Below, piece after piece: positions 1 to 8,438 of a stretch of DNA of 34,550 nt. Below the pieces are notes generated by a model. That model searched no databases. It saw only the letters and a list, made by a program, of their open reading frames with translations, and was not told where the DNA came from. A program made the position numbers and the translations under genes. The stretch lies in the sequence record SRR31156797_9558; one strand, written 5' to 3'. Every line of letters starts with the position of its first letter. Positions within the stretch are counted from its first letter, which is position 1.

Positions 1-424
1 GTCAGTAAACAAAGTAATTTTAGTAGGAAACGTAGGGAAAGACCCCGAAGTAAAACATTTAGAAAACGACCTTTCATTTGCAAAGTTCCCATTGGCAACA
101 TCAGAAAGGTTTAAAACAAAAACTGGTGATCGCGCCGAGCGCACAGAATGGCACAATGTTGTTGTTTGGAGAGGCTTGGCAAAGGTTGTTGAAGATTATG
201 TAAAAAAGGGAACTCAACTTTATATCGAAGGTAGAATTCAAACAAGAAAATACCAGGATAAGGACGGTAACGATCGCTACATCACAGAGATTGTTGCAGA
301 CAATATGCAGATGCTTGGACGTAAAAGTTCAGATGAAAGTGTTCCAAATGCGCAAGCATCAGCCGTGCAAGACGCAAGTGCACCTACTTATGAAGCGGGA
401 GCAGAAGAAGACTTGCCATTTTAG
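1..424 (+). CDS. ssb: Single-stranded DNA-binding protein (5' end truncated by the window edge)
   Basis: The frame is open from base 2 (SVNKVILVGNVGKDPEVKHL...) and base 1 is probably the G of the ATG. It contains TEWHNVV and KGTQLYIEGRIQTR, and ends in the acidic tail EEDLPF. The ORF-track start at 92 is internal. Confidence 0.97.
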   Translation, partial: SVNKVILVGNVGKDPEVKHLENDLSFAKFPLATSERFKTKTGDRAERTEWHNVVVWRGLAKVVEDYVKKGTQLYIEGRIQTRKYQDKDGNDRYITEIVADNMQMLGRKSSDESVPNAQASAVQDASAPTYEAGAEEDLPF

Positions 425-446
425 TTTAACTTAAACCAATTGACCT

Positions 447-1778
447 TTGGAATCAGAACCGTATTCGACATTATTAAATTCTAATTTTCAAATTGAATTT
501 TTTCCGCTTACAACTGGGACCACAATTGGTTTGATAATATTATTGATACTTATAGCAGCTTCGGCACTTATTTCTGGTTCCGAAGTTGCTTTTTTTTCGC
601 TTAAACCTAATAACATAGATAAGCTGAAGAATAGTAAATCAAGGGTATCTAAAGTTATTATTAAACTGATTGAAGAACCCAAAAAGTTATTGGGTACCAT
701 ACTGGTGGTCAATAATTTTGTAAATGTAGGCATTGTAATCTTGTCTTCATATTTAGCCCTTTCTCTAGTGGATTTTTCTTTATCACCAGTTTGGGGTTTC
801 GTAATTCAGGTGATACTGATTACATTTCTTTTATTACTTTTTGGTGAAATTATACCTAAAGTTTATGCAACGCATAATTATCTTGGATTCGCCAGGTTTA
901 TGGCATTACCGCTGTTTTTTCTAAGTAAATTATTTTCCCCTGTTAGCCGATTTTTAATTTATTCAACAGCTGTTGTTGACCGGAAAGTAAAGAAAAAGCA
1001 AGATATTTCAATTGATGACCTTAGCAATGCTTTAGAATTGACCGAAGAAGATCTCGACGAAGAGAAAGATATGCTCAAGGGTATTGTTGAATTTACAAAT
1101 ACCGAAGTTAGTGAGATAATGAAGCCGCGCGTGGATGTGATTGCTGTGGATATTAAATCGAATTTTCAGTCAATGCTTAATCAGATTATGGATAGCGGTT
1201 TTAGTCGTATACCCATCTATCAGAAAACATTTGATGATGTTAAAGGAGTCCTTTATATAAAAGATTTATTGCCACATTTAAATAAACCATCTAGTTTTAG
1301 TTGGCAAAGCCTTGTGAGACCTCCATATTTTGTGCCTGAGAACAAGAAAATAAATGACTTACTTGGAGAACTTCAGGAAAAGAAAATTCATATGGCTATT
1401 GTAGTTGATGAATATGGCGGTACAAGTGGAATTGCAACTTTAGAAGATATTCTAGAAGAAATTGTTGGAGATATATCTGATGAGTTTGATGAACAAAGGA
1501 CTGACTTTGTAAGAGTAAATGAAAATACTTTCTTGTTTGAAGGTAAAATCTCAATTAATGACTTTTGTAAATCAATTGATTATCAGGGAGATATATTTGA
1601 GAATTCAAATGCCGATACCCTTGCAGGCTTTATTTTAGAACAATCAGAAGAAATACCTAATGTATACGAAAAATTTAGTTATCCTCGTTTTACATTGCAA
1701 ATTGAAGCTGCCGATCATAGAAGAATTAAAAAAGTTAAGGTTACATTGCATGATGATGATATTTCTGAAGAACAATAA
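447..1778 (+). CDS. gldE: Gliding motility-associated protein GldE (CNNM/DUF21 + CBS pair + CorC domain)
   Basis: SGSEVAFFSL, FGEIIPK, FSRIPIY and VVDEYGGTSGIATLEDILEEIVG motifs, with a TTG start. The ssb-gldE-gldD order is typical of Bacteroidota. Confidence 0.9.
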   Translation: MESEPYSTLLNSNFQIEFFPLTTGTTIGLIILLILIAASALISGSEVAFFSLKPNNIDKLKNSKSRVSKVIIKLIEEPKKLLGTILVVNNFVNVGIVILSSYLALSLVDFSLSPVWGFVIQVILITFLLLLFGEIIPKVYATHNYLGFARFMALPLFFLSKLFSPVSRFLIYSTAVVDRKVKKKQDISIDDLSNALELTEEDLDEEKDMLKGIVEFTNTEVSEIMKPRVDVIAVDIKSNFQSMLNQIMDSGFSRIPIYQKTFDDVKGVLYIKDLLPHLNKPSSFSWQSLVRPPYFVPENKKINDLLGELQEKKIHMAIVVDEYGGTSGIATLEDILEEIVGDISDEFDEQRTDFVRVNENTFLFEGKISINDFCKSIDYQGDIFENSNADTLAGFILEQSEEIPNVYEKFSYPRFTLQIEAADHRRIKKVKVTLHDDDISEEQ

Positions 1779-2331
1779 AATATTATTCTTGCCTATCGTT
1801 TTTGCTTTATTAGTAAGCTGTGGCGGAGATACTATACCCAAACCTAAGGGATATCTTAGATTTGATTTACCAGAACATGCATATGAAAAATTTGAGGATG
1901 ATTGCCCTTTTACTTTTGAAGTCGGAACATATTCTGAAGTTCAAAATAGGCAAAGTGAAGAGCCTTGCTGGAAGAATATTTATGTAAAGCCTTGTCGGGC
2001 AACAATACACTTAAGCTATAAGCCTGTAAATGATAATTTTGGTGTTCTAGTTGAAGATGCACATGAGTTAGTATACGGACATACTGTAAAAGCTGAAGCT
2101 ATTTCAGAGCAGGTGTTTTTAAATCCTGATAGAGAAGTTTATGGTATTTTATATGAAATTAAGGGAGATGCAGCTTCAAATCTGCAGTTTATTGCCACAG
2201 ACTCTGTAAGTCATTTTATAAGAGGAGCTTTGTATTTTCGAGCATCACCTAATCAGGACTCTCTTGCACCTTTGGTTCGATTTATGCGTAAAGATATAGA
2301 GCACTTTATTGAAACGCTAAACTGGAAATAA
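1750..2331 (+). CDS. gldD: Gliding motility lipoprotein GldD
   Basis: Lipobox LLVSC, then PKPKGYLR, CPFTFE, GDAASNLQF.ATDS..HFIRGALYF and NQDSLAP. The start is placed at the ATG run 1750-1758 so that the signal peptide has a normal length. Confidence 0.9.
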   Translation: MMMIFLKNNKILFLPIVFALLVSCGGDTIPKPKGYLRFDLPEHAYEKFEDDCPFTFEVGTYSEVQNRQSEEPCWKNIYVKPCRATIHLSYKPVNDNFGVLVEDAHELVYGHTVKAEAISEQVFLNPDREVYGILYEIKGDAASNLQFIATDSVSHFIRGALYFRASPNQDSLAPLVRFMRKDIEHFIETLNWK

Positions 2332-2984
2332 TGCCCTTTTATAAGCAAATATGGTTGAATGCCGATACGGCAATACAATTGTGGGAGCTGAATGAATCCC
2401 CGATTGATTTGCTGCCTTGGGCTGAACTTAATTTGTCTGAAAAAGCACAGTTGGAGTCATTAAGAAATCATAAACGTCAATGTGAGTTTCTTGCCATTCG
2501 TATTATGCTTAAAAAAGTTTGGAAAGACCGCCAGATCTATTATACTGATTGCGGAGCTCCATACTTAGAGGGAGAGGAGACTTATATTTCAGTTTCACAT
2601 TCAAAACGCTTTGTGAGTTTAATGCATAGTAAGTATCCCTGTGGAGTTGATGTAGAGAGCATAGAGTCTAAAGCATTGAAAGTTGCAGGTAAATTTCTGA
2701 ATGATGAGGAAAAAAAATTCATTGGTGAGGAATTTCCAGCCAGAGATGCAACGTTATTATGGTCTGCTAAAGAAAGTTTGTATAAATTGCTCAAGTTAGA
2801 AGGAATTGATTTTGCAACTCAGCTATGTATTGATAGAGTTGAAAATCATGATAGCAGAAAAATTCATTCAGAAATACATAGTGAAAAGGCTTCTACAAAT
2901 CACGAGTTGAATTTTGAGATTATTGAAGATCAGATATTAACATGGGTTTTGGATCAGGAAAAAAATAGTAATGCACACAGGTAA
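2331..2984 (+). CDS. 4'-phosphopantetheinyl transferase (Sfp/EntD-like)
   Basis: SVSHS, GVDVE and WSAKESLYK motifs. TAATG overlap with the gldD stop. Confidence 0.88.
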   Translation: MPFYKQIWLNADTAIQLWELNESPIDLLPWAELNLSEKAQLESLRNHKRQCEFLAIRIMLKKVWKDRQIYYTDCGAPYLEGEETYISVSHSKRFVSLMHSKYPCGVDVESIESKALKVAGKFLNDEEKKFIGEEFPARDATLLWSAKESLYKLLKLEGIDFATQLCIDRVENHDSRKIHSEIHSEKASTNHELNFEIIEDQILTWVLDQEKNSNAHR

Positions 2985-3693
2985 TCTAAATAAAGAATCC
3001 AGAAAGCTGGCACTTTTGATTGATCCTGATAAAATGGACAATCAACAAATTAGTGACTTGTTTACTATTCCCGGTGCACAACATATCGACTATTTTTTAG
3101 TGGGTGGAAGTTTACTAACAACCAGTTTTGATTCCTGCATACTTGAATTAAAAAAACAAACACAAAAGCCGGTTGTAATTTTTCCCGGAAATGCTTTTCA
3201 AATTAGCGAATTTGCTGATTCTTTCATGTTATTGAGTTTGATTTCCGGCCGTAATCCTGATTTTCTGATTGGACATCATGTAATGGCTGCTCCGCAGCTT
3301 AAACGAATTGGAATTCCGGTAATTTCAACAGGCTATATTTTGATCGAAAGCGGCCGATCTACTTCAGTGCAATATATGAGCAATAGTATGCCCATTCCAG
3401 CTAACAAAATTGACATTGCTGTTGCAACAGCCCAAGCAGGAGAGATGGTTGGTATGAAACAGCTATATCTTGAAGCAGGAAGTGGTGCAAAACAGCCTGT
3501 TCCGTTAGCTATGATTTCAGCTGTTGCTCAAAATGTAGATATACCAATTATTGTAGGAGGTGGTATTAGAACTCCTGAACAGGCAGAAACTGCATGGAAA
3601 GCCGGGGCAAACCTTGTAGTGGTTGGCAATGCAGTTGAAAAAGATCCAAATTTTATTTCCGAATTAATTACCGCCCGAGCAGCTCTTGGATAA
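2971..3693 (+). CDS. pcrB: Geranylgeranylglyceryl/heptaprenylglyceryl phosphate synthase (PcrB family, group II-like)
   Basis: LIDPDK, VIFPG, SLISGRNP, TGYILI, YLEAGSGA, VGGGI and VVGN motifs. Confidence 0.92.
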   Translation: MHTGNLNKESRKLALLIDPDKMDNQQISDLFTIPGAQHIDYFLVGGSLLTTSFDSCILELKKQTQKPVVIFPGNAFQISEFADSFMLLSLISGRNPDFLIGHHVMAAPQLKRIGIPVISTGYILIESGRSTSVQYMSNSMPIPANKIDIAVATAQAGEMVGMKQLYLEAGSGAKQPVPLAMISAVAQNVDIPIIVGGGIRTPEQAETAWKAGANLVVVGNAVEKDPNFISELITARAALG

Positions 3694-5290
3694 CATCACC
3701 TGTACTTCCGTTGGGTGGAGCAATCTCTAAAAATTCTGATAATGTAACTGCAATATCACTGGTTTTAACGTCTCTGAAAATAGTTAGACGCGGCATTTTC
3801 CAGCCATACCATAAAAGCGGTACATGCACATCATAGTTATATCCTGAATTTTGAAGTACTTTTTTGTCGGTCTTTTCAATCCAACCTGGCTCCAGATTGA
3901 TGATTATATCACCTGAACGCTGGCGATGGTAACTGTTTTGCATTAAATAATTTGTACCTGAGACAAAACTACTTTTTTGCATAATGGATGCAGGCATGGC
4001 ATCTGAAATACCGGTAAACTGAACTACAAATCGGGCAATGCGCTCCTGCATTTCATACAAATCAACTTTAGCATCTTCAATTAATTGGTGGTTGAGATAT
4101 ATCTGTTTGGCGCTATAGTTTTGAATCCATTCCCCTTTGCCATAAACCACATTTAGATAGCTTTTTAAAACAGCAATCATTTGTTTATGGTCAAATTCAC
4201 CTGATGGCACACCATTGGCTTCCAAATAGTCTGGTGCATAACCAGTTCCACGATCAGCCGTGAGAATGAAAAGTACCTGTTCTTTCCCTATTTCGGCATC
4301 TAAGAACGATAGGAAATGTGCGATATCACGATCCAAACGATGGTATGTATCAGCGATTTCATCGGACATTGGTCCATGCTTCTGATTGATTTGGCCGGGA
4401 GCATTGAATCCTACAACTAAAACATCAGTGTAATTGTCATATCCCAGTGAATCATTCACAATACTTGCAATGGCAAAATCTTTTGTTAGTGTATTACCAA
4501 ATGGTGTACGCTTTATGATTCTGTAGTTATTGGTTAGTTTCTTAATGTTGATCAAATCGTGCATGAAGCCTTTAATCGTGAATTTTCCGGTGTCAGCAAC
4601 CTCTTTTTCAGGTTCTAATGGTATCCATTTACGATCGAGGTAAACATCAGCTAGTTTCTTTTCGTTGAATTTGCGAACCCATGTGGGTAAACTGTCTTTG
4701 TAAAATGTGGATGTAATCCAATTCCCACTGGCATGGTCGAACCAGAAAACACCATCAGCTGAATGTCCACCGGCCATGGCTGCTACATCTCCTTCCATCG
4801 CGATAGAATAGATTTTGGAGCGACTTTGATTGCTTAAGTTGAGCTCATCGGTAAAAAAAGATGTACGTAAATGTTTTGGTGAGAAATTAAGATTATCTCC
4901 TTTGGCATCTATCGCTTCTACTTTGGGATCTAACCCAGCTTTGATCATTTCATTATTTACCCTTGAAATCCATTGGTCTGATACTACTCCATGATTAGCC
5001 GGCTCAGCTCCCGACATGATGGTCACATATCCTGGTAAGCTTTGCGTAAGCAGGTAGTTGTGCGTAGCATTTTTAAATACTGTTCCTTCGTTTATTAACT
5101 TTTTGATTCCATCATTGGTAAATTGATCGCTGAAACGATACATATAGTCGAACCTCATTTGATCAACCACAGCAATTACAATCAATTTTGGTTTGTCGCC
5201 CGGCACACGAGGCATATTCTGAGCAACAGTTTGGGAAATAAAAATCGTTAGAAATAAAAAAGACAGTATAAATGGATTTCGGAAATTCAT
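3668..5290 (-). CDS. PafA-like alkaline phosphatase family protein with degenerate metal ligands
   Basis: Signal peptide, PKLIVIAVVDQMRFDY, TPFGNTLT.DFA, RSGDI and YNYDVHVPL. Several metal-binding positions are substituted (see findings). Confidence 0.85.
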   Translation of the reverse strand: MNFRNPFILSFLFLTIFISQTVAQNMPRVPGDKPKLIVIAVVDQMRFDYMYRFSDQFTNDGIKKLINEGTVFKNATHNYLLTQSLPGYVTIMSGAEPANHGVVSDQWISRVNNEMIKAGLDPKVEAIDAKGDNLNFSPKHLRTSFFTDELNLSNQSRSKIYSIAMEGDVAAMAGGHSADGVFWFDHASGNWITSTFYKDSLPTWVRKFNEKKLADVYLDRKWIPLEPEKEVADTGKFTIKGFMHDLINIKKLTNNYRIIKRTPFGNTLTKDFAIASIVNDSLGYDNYTDVLVVGFNAPGQINQKHGPMSDEIADTYHRLDRDIAHFLSFLDAEIGKEQVLFILTADRGTGYAPDYLEANGVPSGEFDHKQMIAVLKSYLNVVYGKGEWIQNYSAKQIYLNHQLIEDAKVDLYEMQERIARFVVQFTGISDAMPASIMQKSSFVSGTNYLMQNSYHRQRSGDIIINLEPGWIEKTDKKVLQNSGYNYDVHVPLLWYGWKMPRLTIFRDVKTSDIAVTLSEFLEIAPPNGSTGDVIQELLGR

Positions 5291-5295
5291 AAATT

Positions 5296-6393
5296 TTAAA
5301 CATTAAATCTTATATGGAGAATATCTCCGTCATCAACAATATAGTTTTTACCTTCAACATGAAATTTGCCTGCTTCTTTTACTTTAACTTCAGAACCAAA
5401 TGTGATGAAGTCTTCGTATTTCATTACTTCAGCCCGTATAAAACCACGTTCTAAATCACTATGAATAGCTCCGGCAGCTTGCGGTGCAGTCATTCCTTTT
5501 TTGATGGTCCAAGCTTTGATCTCTTTGGGGCCAACAGTAAAAAACGACATTAAGTTCAGCAAAGAATAGGCACTCATAATTAATTTGTTAACTCCTGGTT
5601 CTTCTAAACCGGCATCAGCTAAGAACTCTTTTCTGTCTTCGAGGTCCTCCAGGTCAGCAATCTCTGCTTCCAGTTTTCCAGCTATTACCAATATTTCTGT
5701 ATCCTGATCTTTTAATGCCTCTTTTACTTGCTCAACGTATTTATTTCCTGATATAGCTGATTCGTCATCAACGTTACACACATAAATGACAGGTTTTGTA
5801 GTTAACAAGAATATATCATCCATGTGTTTTTGATCCTTCTCAGGAATCTCATAAGTACGTGCATTTTGCATAGATTCCAAATGATCTTTTAAACCGTTTA
5901 AGAACTCTATTCCTTGCTTAGCATCTTTATCTCCAACCTTTGCAAGCTTTTCGTATTTCTGAATTTTCTTTTCTACAGCTTCAAGGTCTTTTACTTGCAG
6001 CTCAAAATCAATGGTTTCAATATCTCGCACAGGATCTACCGAACCATCAATGTGCGGGAGGTTTTCATCATCAAAACATCTCAACACATGAATCAGCGCA
6101 TCTGTATTTCTAATGTCAGCTAAGAACTTATTTCCAACTCCTTCACCCTGATTAGCACCTTTTGTTAATCCGGGAATATCTAAAATTTCAACTGTAGCAG
6201 GAATAACTTTTTCTGTGGGTTGCAATTCCTCTAACTTAGCTAATCTGTTATCAGGAACATTAATAACGCCAATATTTGATGTGTTAGAACTAAATGCGAA
6301 GTTTGTAATTTCTGCTTTGGCGTTCGACATACAATTATACAATGTTGTTTTTCCAACATTTGTAATTCCTATAATACCACACTGTAATCCCAT
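5296..6393 (-). CDS. ychF: YchF/Ola1 Obg-family ATPase with a divergent G1/G2 region
   Basis: NVGKTT, GEGVGNKFL, HVLRCF, FFTVG..E.KAW, AAGAIHSDLERGFIRAEV, EGKNYIV.DGDI and C-terminal RFNV. Confidence 0.93.
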   Translation of the reverse strand: MGLQCGIIGITNVGKTTLYNCMSNAKAEITNFAFSSNTSNIGVINVPDNRLAKLEELQPTEKVIPATVEILDIPGLTKGANQGEGVGNKFLADIRNTDALIHVLRCFDDENLPHIDGSVDPVRDIETIDFELQVKDLEAVEKKIQKYEKLAKVGDKDAKQGIEFLNGLKDHLESMQNARTYEIPEKDQKHMDDIFLLTTKPVIYVCNVDDESAISGNKYVEQVKEALKDQDTEILVIAGKLEAEIADLEDLEDRKEFLADAGLEEPGVNKLIMSAYSLLNLMSFFTVGPKEIKAWTIKKGMTAPQAAGAIHSDLERGFIRAEVMKYEDFITFGSEVKVKEAGKFHVEGKNYIVDDGDILHIRFNV

Positions 6394-6418
6394 CGATCTT
6401 AAAGTTTAAAGTTTCGGG

Positions 6419-6426
6419 CAAAAGTA
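6419..6426 (-). promoter_or_regulatory. Bacteroidota sigma-A -7 element for ychF
   Basis: The reverse complement reads TACTTTTG (TAnnTTTG), about 25 bp upstream of the ychF ATG. Confidence 0.6.
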
Positions 6427-6570
6427 ATATTTATTGTTGATTATGCATAGCGCAGAAAGCTCTTGATTTAATTTGTCTTCCAAAAAGCTTTTCAAAATAC
6501 AATAAACATAGTTTTACAGATTATTTAGAGTTATTCAATTTGTTGATTCGTTTAGCTATTGTAAAAATGC

Positions 6571-6578
6571 TATTTTTG
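6571..6578 (+). promoter_or_regulatory. Bacteroidota sigma-A -7 element for the hldD-HAD-RSH run
   Basis: TATTTTTG, 16 bp upstream of the ATG at 6595. Confidence 0.6.
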
Positions 6579-6594
6579 TAAAAAATCACACATT

Positions 6595-7560
6595 ATGATA
6601 GTAGTTACAGGAGCTGCCGGAATGATTGGCAGCAATATGGTTCGCAAACTCAATGATGAGGGTTTCAAGGATATTGTTGTTGTTGATGAATTTTCAAGAG
6701 CGGAGAAAAACAGGAATCTGGACAATAAGCAAATCTCGCAACGTGTAGATCGCATGCGATTTTTTGATTGGTTGGATGAAAATCAAAAGCTAATACAGTT
6801 TATTTTCCATATGGGGGCACGTTCTGCTACAACAGGTTACCCTAAAGAGGTTTACGACGAACTCAACCTGAACTATAGTAAAACCATGTGGGAAAAGTGT
6901 GTGGAATATGGTATTCCATTGGTTTATGCCTCAAGCGCTGCAACCTACGGAATGGGAGAGTTAGGCTACAATGATGATCATAATGTGGTAAGCAAGCTTC
7001 ATCCGCTAAACCTTTATGGAGAGTCAAAAAATAATTTCGATAAATGGGCATTGGAGCAGGAAAAACAACCATTTTTCTGGGCAGGATTGAAGTTTTTCAA
7101 TGTATACGGACCAAACGAATGGCACAAGGGTCGTATGGCATCTGTGATATTACATACATTCAATCAAATTAAAGAAACCGGCGCTATGAAGCTGTTCAAA
7201 TCCCATCATCCTGATTACCCGGATGGCGGACAAACCCGTGATTTTGTGTATGTGAAAGATTTGTCTGAGATTATGTTTTTCTTAATGACCGATCGTAAGA
7301 ATAGCGGCATTTATAACGTGGGTACTGGCACTGGTCGTACTTTCCTTGATTTGGCCACTAACACATTCAAAGCGATGGGACTTGAACCAAATATTTCATT
7401 TATACCAACACCTGAGGATATTCGTGACAAATACCAGTATTTTACAGAAGCTAATATGAATAAGCTACGTAAAATTGGGTACGATAAACCATTTTTTTCA
7501 CTTGAAAAAGGAATAGATGATTATGTGAAGGGCTATTTAATGAACAACGAGATTTATTAG
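6595..7560 (+). CDS. hldD: ADP-L-glycero-D-manno-heptose 6-epimerase
   Basis: MIVVTGAAGMIGSN, YASSAATYG, PLNLYGESK, FFNVYGPNE.HKGRMAS, RDFVYV and KYQYFTEA. Confidence 0.92.
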   Translation: MIVVTGAAGMIGSNMVRKLNDEGFKDIVVVDEFSRAEKNRNLDNKQISQRVDRMRFFDWLDENQKLIQFIFHMGARSATTGYPKEVYDELNLNYSKTMWEKCVEYGIPLVYASSAATYGMGELGYNDDHNVVSKLHPLNLYGESKNNFDKWALEQEKQPFFWAGLKFFNVYGPNEWHKGRMASVILHTFNQIKETGAMKLFKSHHPDYPDGGQTRDFVYVKDLSEIMFFLMTDRKNSGIYNVGTGTGRTFLDLATNTFKAMGLEPNISFIPTPEDIRDKYQYFTEANMNKLRKIGYDKPFFSLEKGIDDYVKGYLMNNEIY

Positions 7561-7587
7561 ACGTTAATTTTCTAAAGATGGATTGGA

Positions 7588-8418
7588 ATGAGTGTTCAAA
7601 AAATTGGTGCGGTTGTCACAGACCTGGACGGTACACTGCTGACGGATGATAAGAGAGTGCAAAAGCGTGATTTTGATGCTTTTGTGAGGCTTGGTGAACT
7701 TGGCATTAAGCGTATTGCCGCTACAGGACGAAACTTGAAAATTTCCCGTGAAGTTTTACATGACGATTTCCCGTTGGATTATTTGATATTTTCCACAGGG
7801 AGTGGTATTTACGATTGGCAAAAGAAAAAGATTATTCGTTCTGAAGGATTGGAATGGAGACATACTGATAGTGTAATTCAGCGTTTTATGCAAGAGCGGT
7901 TCGATTTTACATTACACCAACCCATTCCAAATAACTACAGGTTTTATTATCATGTTGAGGATGAAAAAAGTTCGCATTTATATGAATATGTTAATCATTA
8001 TCCTGATTTTGGTGAACCATTTCATGTCAATAAACTTCCCATTGAGAATGCTTGTCAATTAATGGCTATTATTGAAACCGATACGGTTAAATATGATCAG
8101 TTGGTTGAAGAATTGGAAGATGTAAAACTGGTTCGTACAACATCTCCACTGAATGGCAAAGCTATGTGGATTGAGGTTTTTCCCAAGCACGTGAGTAAAG
8201 CATGGGGATTAAATTATATTCATGAGCAATATGATATACCACTTGAGCAAATGCTAGGTATTGGTAATGATTATAACGATATTGATTTTTTGGAAGCAGT
8301 TGGACATCCCAGAGTTGTTTCCAATGCACATCCTGATTTACTAGAGATATTTCCGGTGGTGAAAAGTAACGAAGATTGTGGTGTGGCTGATGCCATCGAA
8401 TCTTTGATTGAAGTTTAA
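7588..8418 (+). CDS. Cof-like HAD family hydrolase
   Basis: DLDGTLL (motif I), ATGR, SKAWGL and GNDYND (motif IV). Confidence 0.9.
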   Translation: MSVQKIGAVVTDLDGTLLTDDKRVQKRDFDAFVRLGELGIKRIAATGRNLKISREVLHDDFPLDYLIFSTGSGIYDWQKKKIIRSEGLEWRHTDSVIQRFMQERFDFTLHQPIPNNYRFYYHVEDEKSSHLYEYVNHYPDFGEPFHVNKLPIENACQLMAIIETDTVKYDQLVEELEDVKLVRTTSPLNGKAMWIEVFPKHVSKAWGLNYIHEQYDIPLEQMLGIGNDYNDIDFLEAVGHPRVVSNAHPDLLEIFPVVKSNEDCGVADAIESLIEV

Positions 8419-8438
8419 AACAGTTGCATTAACAGCTT

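Noticed and set aside
1660-1749. ORF-track N-terminal extensions (gldD 1660, GWxTD 18360, mtaB 20540) and the internal ssb start at 92
   Set aside because: Signal-peptide position, family N-termini and promoter placement favour starts at about 1750, 18309 and 20474, and an ssb start just before base 1.
3668-3693. Convergent 3' overlaps (pcrB/PafA-like, also 33809-33826) as antisense regulation
   Set aside because: Short tail-to-tail overlaps are common in compact bacterial genomes, and nothing else supports a regulatory role.
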